Source: Escherichia virus TH44. Taken from it: 64,000 nt of DNA. The stretch's first letter is position 1. Each line of letters starts with the position of its first letter. A program made the position numbers and the translations under genes. The stretch is taken from sequence record MT446415.1. One strand, written 5' to 3'. The notes below the pieces were generated by a model. It searched no databases and was not told the DNA's origin. It saw nothing but the letters and a program-made list of their open reading frames with translations. Positions 22,263 to 33,400 of this stretch are shown here, one piece after another.

Positions 22263-24509
22263 TTATGGTGCTGGATTTAATGTCACAAATGTTGACAAAA
22301 GAACCCATGCATTATCAACGAGAACATACGGGAGACCATCATCCGCAGGAGCGACAGGAGGCCTTTTGGCGAGCTCTGTTTCTAAGGCTGATACTTTACC
22401 TTCTAAAGTAGTTATCTTCGCCTCGGCTGCATCCAGGCGACCAGGAAGAGGAGTTACTTTGCCTTCGAGAGTTGTCACACGAGTGGTTAATGGTGCAATT
22501 TTTGCAGTATCAAGTTTAATCGTAGCGATTTCATCTTCACTCGAGGTAACACGTACAGTTAATGGTGCAATCTTAGCAGTATCGAGTTTAATCGTATCGA
22601 TTTCATCTTCAACTGTTGCGACTCTTTCGTCTAGCGGTGCAATTTTTGCAGTATCCAATTTAATTGCGGTAATTTCATTTTCACTTGATGTGACACGCGT
22701 AGTTAATGGAGCAATTTTTGCAGTATCGAGTTTAATCGCAGTGATTTCTCCTTCCGCCGAAGTCATTCGCCCGGTCAAGGTTACCAAACCACCTTTGTTT
22801 GTTTCGATATTTGCTTTGATAGTAACCAGTTCACCTTCAACATTGCTAACGTCTAAAGCTAAAGCAGTGACATCATCATCAGTAGACGCGGTTTTGGTTT
22901 CCAGTGCGGTTATTTTACCGTCAACAGTCGTATCCTTCGTTTCTAATGCAGTGAGTCGACCATCTTGTTCCGTATCTTTATTTTGCAGAGCAAGAACATC
23001 TGCCTTAACACCAGTGACGGAAGTATTCAGCGCACCATAACGAGTATCTAATGAACTAATTGCCGTATCATTATCGTCAACACGACCAGTTAATGTTGTT
23101 ACGCGCCCATCAGTTGTTGCCAATGAAGCTTTAACCGCATCAACTTCGGTTTTGGAATCGATAATTTCTGTCCAGGCTCCTTGCTTGCGACCATATAACT
23201 TATTGTCCAATGGTGCGTCGTTCAGCTTGGTCGCCATCAGCATATCCAAGTTAATTACAACCGGAAGAACACCACGTTCAGCCACAGTAGCACCGTTAGG
23301 GTTAGTTCCGTTCATCTGACTAGTTAAAGTCAAAATAGAGCCTTTCATACCGGTGTTATTTGTACCGATTTCGGCCTGTACATCCTGAAGACCTGATGCG
23401 GTTTCGTTAGCCAGCGTAGTAGTTGCATTCAACTTGTACGTGATAGTGTTTGGCTCTGGAGATTGCTCTGTACCGATTCTCTGAGAAAGCCATGCAGTGG
23501 TTCCGCGTAAACCGGAGCTTGAATCCTGACCAACAACAACCTGTAATCCATTAACATCCGTGCGTAAAGCACTGATTCGACCATTAATTGTTAATGGTTC
23601 CAGAGCGGTGCCGATATCAGCTTCAACCTTAGTGAGTCTTGGTTTGATATTCGCAATATCTGTTTCATTGACTAGAACACGTCCACCAAGATTTTCAACG
23701 CGGGTTGTAATTGCAATCCCTGTACCAAAACCAATAGCTTCTTGAATGCTGGCAATATCTTCGTCAATTTCGACTGCTTTATCATCAAGAGTATTCAGTC
23801 GAACAAATACAGCCGGTTTACCTGTTGCTAAAGTAGACTCACCTAATTCTTCACGAATTTTAATTACTTTTACGTTAAGAGAACCAACATCAGAATCGTG
23901 ATAGTTATCTTCAAGAGTCTTAATACGAACTCCATGCGCAACAATAGCCGAACTGTTATCGATGATGCGGCGTTTCATGCCTTTTGATGGATTGCCAATA
24001 ACCTGAAGACCATTTATATCTTGGTCAACATACTGACCTAATTCATTTTTAATCCATAAAAGGTCATTACGAACTGTGCGATAATATGAATCGGTTAACG
24101 GGTCATAAGCACCAACATCTTCCTTTAACTTTTTAAGACCTTCGGATGTTTCGCTTGATAACAATTCAGTATTAAATTGGCGTTCATCAAGGTCAAGAAT
24201 ATCCGTACGGTTTTTTTCAATTTGTTTAACAACTTCCGTGTTAGTTGTTATATCCAAAGCTTCCTGAATATTATTGACGTTATCAATAATTTCGTTGATT
24301 TTTTCTTTAGATGTATTTGAGTTGTCGTCGAGTGTATCTACGTTTGTTTGAACGCTTACCGCAGCAGCGTTCAAATTACCATCATGGCCATATTTGGTGC
24401 TGGCCGCAGTCATACAATCGCCATTTTGTATCCAACGAATTCTCTGTTGACCTTCGTCTGGAATACCGATGCTATACGGCAGTTCTTTGAGACTGAGTTT
24501 ATTAATCAT
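22263..24509 (-). CDS. wac: Fibritin (whisker/neck fibre), elongated coiled coil with C-terminal foldon
   Basis: Start trimmed to MINKLSLKELPYSIGIPDEGQQRIRWIQNG (AAGGA RBS); C-terminal YVLVDNAWVLLSTFV foldon-like; 748 aa. Confidence 0.88.
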   Translation of the reverse strand: MINKLSLKELPYSIGIPDEGQQRIRWIQNGDCMTAASTKYGHDGNLNAAAVSVQTNVDTLDDNSNTSKEKINEIIDNVNNIQEALDITTNTEVVKQIEKNRTDILDLDERQFNTELLSSETSEGLKKLKEDVGAYDPLTDSYYRTVRNDLLWIKNELGQYVDQDINGLQVIGNPSKGMKRRIIDNSSAIVAHGVRIKTLEDNYHDSDVGSLNVKVIKIREELGESTLATGKPAVFVRLNTLDDKAVEIDEDIASIQEAIGFGTGIAITTRVENLGGRVLVNETDIANIKPRLTKVEADIGTALEPLTINGRISALRTDVNGLQVVVGQDSSSGLRGTTAWLSQRIGTEQSPEPNTITYKLNATTTLANETASGLQDVQAEIGTNNTGMKGSILTLTSQMNGTNPNGATVAERGVLPVVINLDMLMATKLNDAPLDNKLYGRKQGAWTEIIDSKTEVDAVKASLATTDGRVTTLTGRVDDNDTAISSLDTRYGALNTSVTGVKADVLALQNKDTEQDGRLTALETKDTTVDGKITALETKTASTDDDVTALALDVSNVEGELVTIKANIETNKGGLVTLTGRMTSAEGEITAIKLDTAKIAPLTTRVTSSENEITAIKLDTAKIAPLDERVATVEDEIDTIKLDTAKIAPLTVRVTSSEDEIATIKLDTAKIAPLTTRVTTLEGKVTPLPGRLDAAEAKITTLEGKVSALETELAKRPPVAPADDGLPYVLVDNAWVLLSTFVTLNPAP
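22486..22760 (-). repeat. Tandem ~60-70 bp coding repeats in wac coiled-coil region
   Basis: Four copies of ttaatggtgcaat.tt.gcagtatc.agtttaatcg; protein repeat KLDTAKIAPLTTRVTSSE.EI.AI. Confidence 0.75.
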
Positions 24510-24517
24510 TTTGGTCC

Positions 24518-26068
24518 TTAGTAATGAATTTTGATAATATAGTTTAAAGACATATTCCATGGGCGAGTTTCATAACCAATAAGACCTTCACGGTTTAATG
24601 TACCTAAAGCATCTCTGCCGCCACCGAGTTCAAATCCATCGTTAGTAAAATATGAAGCGTTATCCCAGTCCGCATATTTTCTTGTGCCCAGATACCCCTG
24701 ATAAACTGATGCACCAAATGGAGCTTCGTTACGTTGGTATTCACCCCAACCACCCGCGTGTTTATGATATGACATTTGCTGGGCTTGTACACCACCGACC
24801 CATGAACCATCACAACCAACACCCAAACGGTCTTTGCCATAACCATCTTGACCGCGGTTATTCAGAATATGTCCACCGGTACCAGCACCACGAACAAACA
24901 AACCACGCATATCAGGAATACCGACGTTGGTCCAATCACCACCGAAACGAGTCCCAACAGTATTTCGATAGTCAGGGAATTGGTCACCATTAACGGTGCC
25001 ACCATGACACATAATCCAACCAGGAGGAGCACTATCACCCGCAAACATCATCACGGTTCCGACAGGAACACGTTCAGAAGCATAACGTTGTGTGGAAAGT
25101 AATTGGCCACCCATGTGAGCCGTATTAGAATCAAAATTGCCAGTGGAAATATAATCTAAAGAAAGACTTCCATTAATTCGTTGACCGCCGCGAGTGTTAA
25201 TTACATCAGCGTTCCAAGCCAGTGCGCCAGCACCATCGCCACCGGGAGCAACCCCCGCCTGAGTAGTTAATCTAACAACACCGCGAATATCGGTTGTAGC
25301 ACCACGGCCATTAAGAGTTGCTCCGGTTACTGCAACGCCATCAGCACTGTTATTAATCTCTGACTGAGTACCAAGACGAATAATCCCCGCGCGGTCTTGT
25401 GTTGATGTACGAGCATTTAAACCAGCCGGAGAAATTGCTACACCGTCACCTAGAGTTCCTGCTTGTACTTCAGCATTTGTAGCAATTCGTACTAAACCAG
25501 AAACAGTTTGTGTGGCAGTTGAATAAGTCGGAAGAGCTGCTGTTGCTTTGCCAATTGCCAGAGCAACTTTCAACGGAGACATAGCAGTTGTATCATCTGT
25601 ACCAGCTAAAGCTGCATCCTCGGTACTAATACGAAGAACACCCAAATTATTTTCGGTACCGACACGAACAGTAAAAACATCGTCAATTGTTGCTTTTAAT
25701 GAAGATGGAACAATAGCCGCATCGGTTACTGTTCCGGCAATTGCTTCAGCATCGGTTGCATAACGGGTAATACCTACATAAGTTTCTGTGGCTTGCGTAG
25801 GGATGTCTAAACGAGCTTTTAAGGTCGCTGGAGTAACTGCAGAGTCTGGACTAATACCATCAATAACTTCTTGTGTGGTGGCTAGTCTGATGAGTCCTGC
25901 AGTCGTTTCGGAAGAGGCTGGGATATATCCATCTAACGCAATTTTATTAAGAGACCCTAAAGCCTCTTGTACGTTGGTAACAGTCGACGGGAAAGCTGTC
26001 CCCGTCGGGTCGAACGTTTTATATTCGGATTTATCGCTAATGTGTTTTAGCGTGTTAGTCGTTGTCAT
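24518..26068 (-). CDS. 12: Short tail fibre protein gp12
   Basis: 516 aa; C-terminus SYHKHAGG.GEY...TRPWN.SLNYIIK closely resembles recalled T4 gp12 receptor-binding domain. Confidence 0.92.
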   Translation of the reverse strand: MTTTNTLKHISDKSEYKTFDPTGTAFPSTVTNVQEALGSLNKIALDGYIPASSETTAGLIRLATTQEVIDGISPDSAVTPATLKARLDIPTQATETYVGITRYATDAEAIAGTVTDAAIVPSSLKATIDDVFTVRVGTENNLGVLRISTEDAALAGTDDTTAMSPLKVALAIGKATAALPTYSTATQTVSGLVRIATNAEVQAGTLGDGVAISPAGLNARTSTQDRAGIIRLGTQSEINNSADGVAVTGATLNGRGATTDIRGVVRLTTQAGVAPGGDGAGALAWNADVINTRGGQRINGSLSLDYISTGNFDSNTAHMGGQLLSTQRYASERVPVGTVMMFAGDSAPPGWIMCHGGTVNGDQFPDYRNTVGTRFGGDWTNVGIPDMRGLFVRGAGTGGHILNNRGQDGYGKDRLGVGCDGSWVGGVQAQQMSYHKHAGGWGEYQRNEAPFGASVYQGYLGTRKYADWDNASYFTNDGFELGGGRDALGTLNREGLIGYETRPWNMSLNYIIKIHY

Positions 26069-26733
26069 TACGATACTCGCTTATAATGGTAAAGTGAAAT
26101 TGCGCCATTTGCTGTGCCACCTGATAATGTCTGGGTTGAAGTTCCAAGATATTCCCATGAACCATAACCACCGCGCGGTTGCTGTATAATAGTCTGGCTA
26201 AGCGTACAACCATATTGAGCGAAAGGTGCAAAATTATGGTTTTGGTAGTCGTTATATGTAATATTTAATATAGACTGGTCCACACTATCAATTGCGGAGC
26301 TTGACACAATTAAACTATCAGCAACAGCCGTCAGCAAAGCATCGTTAACCTTGGAAGCAACTAATACAGCCGAATCCCCGACAATAACCTCGACCGGAAT
26401 ACCAAAAATGAAAAATAAAACAGTATCACCAACCCCAGCACCAGAAATAGACCCGGTGAATTTAATTTTATCCGACTGACTAATTGCCGCAGGAGAAAGG
26501 TTATTCGTATTAGTAATTACACTGCCAACCGGAAGCTCATATCGAAACGCAATATCATCTATTGCGCTCTGAACTGTTGGATAAAAAATACCCTCGGTTG
26601 TTTGTGTTGCGGATGGGCCGCCGATTGCTCGTTGACCCATGACAGCCGTAATATTTTTTGATGTATTTTGAAATTCTAAGTAACTAGCAAGGCGGGAAAT
26701 TACTCCAGCCTTTTTATTCGTTAATGTTTTCAT
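26068..26733 (-). CDS. 11: Baseplate wedge protein gp11
   Basis: 221 aa; between gp10 and gp12. Confidence 0.85.
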   Translation of the reverse strand: MKTLTNKKAGVISRLASYLEFQNTSKNITAVMGQRAIGGPSATQTTEGIFYPTVQSAIDDIAFRYELPVGSVITNTNNLSPAAISQSDKIKFTGSISGAGVGDTVLFFIFGIPVEVIVGDSAVLVASKVNDALLTAVADSLIVSSSAIDSVDQSILNITYNDYQNHNFAPFAQYGCTLSQTIIQQPRGGYGSWEYLGTSTQTLSGGTANGAISLYHYKRVS

Positions 26734-28544
26734 TAAGCAATCCTTACCCAGCGATGAGCAATCAAATATGGAGGCATTGTATAAACCGGTTGAGCTTGAG
26801 GGTCTTGCGCCTGATTAATAGTGGCTTTGTCTTCTCTGTATTTGGTATAGGCTGGACCTTGTGCATCTGGGTCTACCTGACAACCGCCAACAACAATCGG
26901 ACCATTATCATCAACAACCAAAACTTTCTCATCGGTTTCAAGTTTAGGTACGTTTATATCTTTAATATGAACTTCAACACTACCACCTGTGCCACCCGCT
27001 GTCGCTTGTGGGTTACCACCAGAATCCAGGTCATTATTGTTTGTATGGAAGTTTGAGGCAGGGTCGTCCGACCAGGCAACGATTACACGCTCTTTCAAAC
27101 GTTTCCATGAACCGAATCCCATATAAGTAACCGGGTTATTCGGGTTAACCGTATTTTCGTAAATTGTACCGACCGGATAGAATAATTCGAAGATAGCGCC
27201 AACAGAAGATGGAACAACTTCCTGAAGACCGACTGGTTCAACGTTTGGTGCAAACGGATTATCAAAATCTGTAATACGTACACGACCAGTTAGGCTCAAT
27301 GTGTTTCCCTGAGAAACATAAAGAGTGTCAGTCTCATCACGGATTTCATCCATGGTCATAGTTGTGCCGATATCGTTATTGTACCAAATGACCGACAGAA
27401 TATCACCGTCTTCAAATTCACGATAAATGCTAATACCTTCGATGCGGTTGTCATCATCAAATTGCAGCAAATAATCCTGGGTTGATTCAGACCAACTGCC
27501 ACCATTTGCGCTACATTCTGCCGCAGTGGAACCTTGTGCACCTTCGCAATAAAATACTGGAGTTCCTGCGGTCCCGGCTTGATGTTGTAAAATACTGTTA
27601 ATGAATACCTGACATGCATTTGGGTTAATTGGACTACCCGGAGAAATACCAAGTTCTTCAATTGTAAAGGTGTGTTTGGTTGTCAAATCTGTAACAATCA
27701 AAGAACCATTAATTGTTGTTTCTTTAGTCCTGTCTTGACTACGAACAAGTATATCACGACGATTATACGAACTACGCCATTGAGCAATACCATCATTAAA
27801 TGTTCGGATGATAACCGTATCACCTTCAGCGCATGGCATTTTCAAACGGATACTTTTGCCATCAAGCGCAACAATTTCGCCAGGGTTTGCGCCAGGGGAA
27901 CCAAATTCAGCATTCACCGGGTCGAAAATATCATCTTTACCATAAAACAGGTCGTTACCACGATGTTTGACTTCTAAGTTCGATACGCTATACGGAATAG
28001 CACCAAACACATTGATAAAGTCAGTTTGTCCTTCGGTAGCAATAAACTGTTGGGATGCAACCGTAGCAACGTCGTTATTTGAAATTTTATCGACTTGTTT
28101 ATTATCGATATATTCCCAACGACCTGGTGAACAATATACAAGTTCAAGGTCAGCTAAGTTGCGTTTAATTTCTACTGGATTTGGTGAGCCTTTAATCGTA
28201 TCCCCGACTGCAGGAACAATTGTCACCGGGTTGATTTGCCAGGTAGCAAACACATCGCGCAATCGAATTACATAATTGTATTCTTGAGTTGTTCCTTTCG
28301 GGAGGATAACTCGGACTGCACCGGCCGATGTATCGATGGTATAGCTTCGACCCATAACAGCAGGCAACTCGGTGCCTTCTTGTGTAGTCCAAGTTTTCCA
28401 TGCACCAGCCGCATGAGGATTTTCACCGTCACCCAGCTGATAATAAAGGTCGTCAAAGTTATTGTTTATTTTTTGACCGCCGAGACGAAGGTAATCACCA
28501 GTACCATCATCAACCATATTGCCAATTTTTAAATTCTGTTTCAT
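26733..28544 (-). CDS. 10: Baseplate wedge protein gp10
   Basis: 603 aa; T4 gene order. Confidence 0.88.
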   Translation of the reverse strand: MKQNLKIGNMVDDGTGDYLRLGGQKINNNFDDLYYQLGDGENPHAAGAWKTWTTQEGTELPAVMGRSYTIDTSAGAVRVILPKGTTQEYNYVIRLRDVFATWQINPVTIVPAVGDTIKGSPNPVEIKRNLADLELVYCSPGRWEYIDNKQVDKISNNDVATVASQQFIATEGQTDFINVFGAIPYSVSNLEVKHRGNDLFYGKDDIFDPVNAEFGSPGANPGEIVALDGKSIRLKMPCAEGDTVIIRTFNDGIAQWRSSYNRRDILVRSQDRTKETTINGSLIVTDLTTKHTFTIEELGISPGSPINPNACQVFINSILQHQAGTAGTPVFYCEGAQGSTAAECSANGGSWSESTQDYLLQFDDDNRIEGISIYREFEDGDILSVIWYNNDIGTTMTMDEIRDETDTLYVSQGNTLSLTGRVRITDFDNPFAPNVEPVGLQEVVPSSVGAIFELFYPVGTIYENTVNPNNPVTYMGFGSWKRLKERVIVAWSDDPASNFHTNNNDLDSGGNPQATAGGTGGSVEVHIKDINVPKLETDEKVLVVDDNGPIVVGGCQVDPDAQGPAYTKYREDKATINQAQDPQAQPVYTMPPYLIAHRWVRIA

Positions 28545-29413
28545 TATACCGGTACTCCGATTGTTTGGGCGGAAATTACTTTAACAGCGAGCTTCATGGC
28601 AGTGGGTGAGCTTATAGCCGCCTGAATGATATCCTGGTTATCAATTCTAAAATCGATGGCATATATCTCATCTTCTTCATTAGTTTGTCCACGTCTGATT
28701 ACAGCGTATTCTGTGCTATATACCTTGCGGTCCTTAAGGTCGATGTAAAGTAATATTTCTGATGCTTTGTATTTAGTTTCGTCTGTTGAAATAGCTGTCA
28801 GCATCAATTTGATAGTTTTATAATCTGCGCGGAAAGCAAGTGGAATATCACGAACAACCGAGCTCATATTGTATGTTTTGTCGAGCAATACAGATTGGTT
28901 GCCAAACATACTTTCAATTTTGTAGTCCCAGGTCCCTACACCGTTAGCATCGTCAATACACCACAATGTAATTTTTGTATAAGGCTGAGTAAATTTCATT
29001 TTGTTCGTTGCAGCAGTCAGGAATGAATCCGTGCCTTGTAGTTCAACTTCCAAAGGCAACGAGGTGGATAATGAACCATTGGAGTTAATAAAGATAACAC
29101 CTTCGCCTGCTTTACCTTTTGCAATTCTTGCAGTGATAACACCTTCGGCAGTATTGACATCTCGCATAGAACCGAGAGCAACAGTCGAGTTCCATTCGAT
29201 GATATTTGTGGCTTTTTGATAGTAGCCAGTCGCATGAAGTACCTGGGAGTTTTCTCCATTGTTCACAGAGTACAGACGCTGGTCGCCGAATGTATTATAC
29301 AAACTGTCTAAATCCACGTTCAGTTTACGACCGCCTTCATATAGAATATCACCGGTGCTGGCGTTACCAATCTCGCCGATGTCTACTAATAATTTTGGGG
29401 TTTGATTAATCAT
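28544..29413 (-). CDS. 9: Baseplate wedge protein gp9 (long tail fibre socket)
   Basis: 289 aa; T4 gene order. Confidence 0.85.
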   Translation of the reverse strand: MINQTPKLLVDIGEIGNASTGDILYEGGRKLNVDLDSLYNTFGDQRLYSVNNGENSQVLHATGYYQKATNIIEWNSTVALGSMRDVNTAEGVITARIAKGKAGEGVIFINSNGSLSTSLPLEVELQGTDSFLTAATNKMKFTQPYTKITLWCIDDANGVGTWDYKIESMFGNQSVLLDKTYNMSSVVRDIPLAFRADYKTIKLMLTAISTDETKYKASEILLYIDLKDRKVYSTEYAVIRRGQTNEEDEIYAIDFRIDNQDIIQAAISSPTAMKLAVKVISAQTIGVPV

Positions 29414-29440
29414 AGGTAAGCCTCGTTATTGATATAGCTA

Positions 29441-29448
29441 TATTTATA
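29441..29448 (-). promoter_or_regulatory. Late promoter TATAAATA for gene 9
   Basis: Reverse-strand TATAAATA 28 nt upstream of gp9 ATG. Confidence 0.55.
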
Positions 29449-29458
29449 GAATAAAAAA

Positions 29459-29474
29459 GGGACCCGAAGGTCCC
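29459..29474 (-). terminator. Terminator/attenuator hairpin between gene 8 and gene 9
   Basis: Reverse strand GGGACC-TTCG-GGTCCC followed by TTTTTTATTC. Confidence 0.6.
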
Positions 29475-29477
29475 TTG

Positions 29478-30482
29478 TTAGAATTCAAAAATAATGTTAA
29501 CTTCTTCTGTCTGGTCCATTGCACGAATAATCGGTGGACGGTTTTCCATATAAATCATTTCCCCGGAATGACGGTCCAAATCAATTGCATCGTAGTATTC
29601 TTTGATTGCTTTGATATTTGGGTCATTAGGATGTACTTTAACTTCAAGTGGGTTGGATATAATCGACAGCTGGCGGAAGCCTTTGTTCCCCGGGAGACTG
29701 AACTCTGGGAAATAAATGGAATCCATAAATGCTTTAAATCTGATTGTATATCCTTTGATTCTGTATATTAAACCGAAATCATCTTGTTGCCAGCTGATAT
29801 TGTCTTTGTAGCCCCAACGTGATGGGTCTTCTTCGATTTCTTCAGGCCATGGAACAACAATATATTCGTTAGTACAACGGTTGATGGATACATCAGGTGG
29901 AATCTCATACAAATATTCCCAGAGATAACCATCGCCCATATCGACTCGTCCTTCTGTATCACCAGTCCCAGCTGGAGCTCTCGTTGAGTTATATTCTGCA
30001 GTCCATTTACCACCGAGTTTTAAACACTCTTCTTTATTGATAATAGAATAAATGGAGCAAGTCCCAACATCAGGAACATCTACACAACGATAAACCATCC
30101 AACCTTTACCAACATCAGTTCGGTTATACGGAGCACTGTTAGCTACAACAATTTCCCCTACCTGGAAGTTAAGCGGATTAGGATATCTGATATCGCCCCA
30201 GTCTTTACGTGGGACAACACAATCAAGCATTGACTTATAAACTTTGACTGCACCCATCATATTTGTCCAAGTATCTTCAACACCTTGTGCTGTGTCAACC
30301 GGATACGGAGGGGCGAACCCCGGGTCATTCTCATTCGAAGCCCAGGGTTCAGCACGACCGAACGTTACATACATCGTATTCTGGTCGGGCTCATTACCAA
30401 TCATTTTATAAAAGTTATACATTTTTTCAGTTCGAAATTTCGAGGTAATTATCGAACGATAAACTACAGATGAATTATTCAT
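29478..30482 (-). CDS. 8: Baseplate wedge protein gp8
   Basis: 334 aa, same length as T4 gp8. Confidence 0.88.
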   Translation of the reverse strand: MNNSSVVYRSIITSKFRTEKMYNFYKMIGNEPDQNTMYVTFGRAEPWASNENDPGFAPPYPVDTAQGVEDTWTNMMGAVKVYKSMLDCVVPRKDWGDIRYPNPLNFQVGEIVVANSAPYNRTDVGKGWMVYRCVDVPDVGTCSIYSIINKEECLKLGGKWTAEYNSTRAPAGTGDTEGRVDMGDGYLWEYLYEIPPDVSINRCTNEYIVVPWPEEIEEDPSRWGYKDNISWQQDDFGLIYRIKGYTIRFKAFMDSIYFPEFSLPGNKGFRQLSIISNPLEVKVHPNDPNIKAIKEYYDAIDLDRHSGEMIYMENRPPIIRAMDQTEEVNIIFEF

Positions 30483-33400
30483 TTACCTTTACCTGTGTTG
30501 GGTCTTTCGGGTCGCGTGGATTACCAATATCATCCTTAAGACGTTGATTAACCAAATTGCGCCAGTTAGCAAAAGTCACGGCAGACTGGTCAAACAATGG
30601 ACTGTATTTTTTACGACGTTCAGACGGGAGAGTCCCATGAAAATCTGAAAAATCGTTTTCGGCATCATAATCTGCCGGTAATGGGAACGGTAAACCTGCG
30701 TTAGGAGCAATATTATATACTGCTTCACCTGTAACAGGGTTATGCTCAATGTTTCCATCAGCTCCAATAACTGCAATACGGTCACACCATTCTGACGGGA
30801 TACCCGACGACCAACGATAGTTGTTCAGTTTATTGATAATGGTTTCTGTGTGTTTTAATGACAGACCAGCATTAACAAACATTGTCAATAATGTAATTCC
30901 AACAAATCCAAATCCAACCGGATGAACAAATCGCAATACGTCATTACGATAACGAGATGTAGGGAGACTTGATTTAATGGTCATTACATAGTAAGAACGA
31001 TTTCGGTTGATATAATCTATGTTGTTGCTAAGTAATTCTTTCCCGCGAACACCCTGAACAATCATGCCTTCAAAGGAAGTCCTTTCGGATTTAATTTCTT
31101 GCCCAACAATAAAGCGACCAAGCAAGTTATGAATCGTGATACGCCATCTCAATTTACCCTGTTTGTAGTCACGCTCCATATAGGTAACGTTACTGCGGCC
31201 GGTTGGTGTGTAAATTGTTTGCCCAACAATATCTTCGCTGATATTATCAGATTCGACAATTATGTCATACTCGGTTCCGTTCTTGGATTCAATATCGATT
31301 TCAACGTCTTCATTATATAACAATTTGAATAAAAACTTATAGGATGCTTCAGTCCCCTTGGTTGCCCAAAAATCAGACTGTCTTGCTTCAAAGAAACGAA
31401 CTACTTCGTCACGCTTGGTCTTTGACAAATATATATTTCTTTTGTACATTTCACTCCAAAGGTATTCCCATGCATCTTCCTCGCGTGGGTATTGGTTGCG
31501 AATCAAGTTCAAAAGGTTGTTATAATATGTGCCAGAACCATCACTGATAAACTGCAAATAATATTCACAGAATTTTTCGAAGTTGCTATCCTGGAGCAAA
31601 TAACTATCCGGAATCATCTTTGTTAAAAGAGGACGCAAGTCCGGGTCTTTCTCTTGTTCATCATTCTCCGGGGTCCATGGAATATCATGTTCCTGGTTCT
31701 GCAATTCTGCAGTGAACATAACTTCTTTCGGTTTCCAGATTAATCTAACTTCATCACGCATACGATAGTCGAATTCAAAATAACCAATAAGCTCACCAGT
31801 ATTTTTATGTAACATAATACCTGAGGCATATTTTTTAAAGCCATTGAATTCGATGTTAGGAGAAGTAACTTTCACTTGACCTTTATTCCAGTATTCGTGC
31901 ACAATACGTTCAGGGGATGAACCACCAAAGGTATCGATAATCTTTTGATACAGCATGTCATTATATACAACCAGAGCTTTGTCTGATGTAGTAATCCAGC
32001 AACGAGTATCATCACGGCGAGACCAGTTAAAGAACGGTTCAGCGTAATATGACATACGTCCAGGTTTAAACTCTTCCCAACCTGAATCTTTATTTGACCT
32101 AAAACTCATCATCAAATAATGCTTGTCATGTATCCATTGTTCATCATACACATATTTGACTGCTTCGTTAACTTCTTCAGGATACTTAGCAGGGAGTTCG
32201 GTATCTGGCTCAACGGAATAACGGAAGTTACTTGAACTGATAAAAAGTTCAATTCCATCAGTTGACATGCTTGTGTAACCATGTTCAATACGGCGACGTT
32301 CATCCTCTGTATTACCAAAAACTCGTGTCCATGTATCGGTATCGGTATTTAATTTATAAACACCCTTTGATAATGAATCGACAACGTTTTCAGGCTTAGT
32401 CGGGTCTTGGCGTTCTTCCTTTACTTCACCCGTGATTAATGCAAACACTTCACCGTCAATTGAATCCATCTTGTAACAAACAGCTTTTGGGTTGCCGCTT
32501 ATTGTGCTATATCCAGCTTCAAATAATTTTTCACCGAATGTTGGGGAGTTAGGGTCGTTATCAATTGGAGCATCAGAAGATTTAGCTTTATATACACGGT
32601 CGCGGCCAGCAACGTAAATCATGGAATCGGTCGTGGTAATTGCTTCGGCAATTGTTGAGATATATGCCGGAAGTCTTGCGTATGTGCCAAATATTTCAAT
32701 ATCAAATCCGAGATTGATATCCGAACCAATTTTTGCAAATGTTATATCCTGAGAACTGAATCGAACATCATCAGCAGACCATCTTATGTCACTTGATTTA
32801 CGACCGTAAAAAATTCGGTCATATCCGAGTACATAAGTTGTCGTATCTGATTGATAATAAATTGTGCGCGATACTGGGTTACCGATACGGTCATTAAACA
32901 ATTTTACATAATACCAGTTCTGCCCTTTATCATTGGAGACTTTGACAGTTGTCTGGAATCGTTCAAACAAATACAGTACACCACCAAGTTCAGCAATCAT
33001 CGTACGATTAACATCGTTACACACTGGCTGAATACTGCCCTGAATTTCGTGATATTGGTCTTCTTTTAATACATAGTTTGAAATTGAAGACAAATGAGAA
33101 TAAGCAGGAGTAAAGCTAAAATCTTCAGACATCAACGATGCCATAATTGCATCATTATTAAAGTTGATATAAGCCTGATTATTGTTTGTGAATTTTTCTT
33201 CGATGAATTTATTTGTTAATGTAAACTCACGCATGTGTTCAAATGTGTATGCGTTAGTTGCAAAGGTTTCAAATTCTTCGGTATAAACCCAATCAGATTG
33301 TTCAAAACCCATTGCTGCAACAGCAACACGCATTTTGTAAAATGACACTGGACGAATAAAATCTTGTTCGAACCATTCATTGTCTGGAGTATAACCTAAA

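Noticed and set aside
22141-23040. 299-aa forward ORF antisense to gp13/wac
   Set aside because: Ser/Ala/Val-rich repeat translation is the mirror of the wac coiled-coil repeats, not an independent gene.
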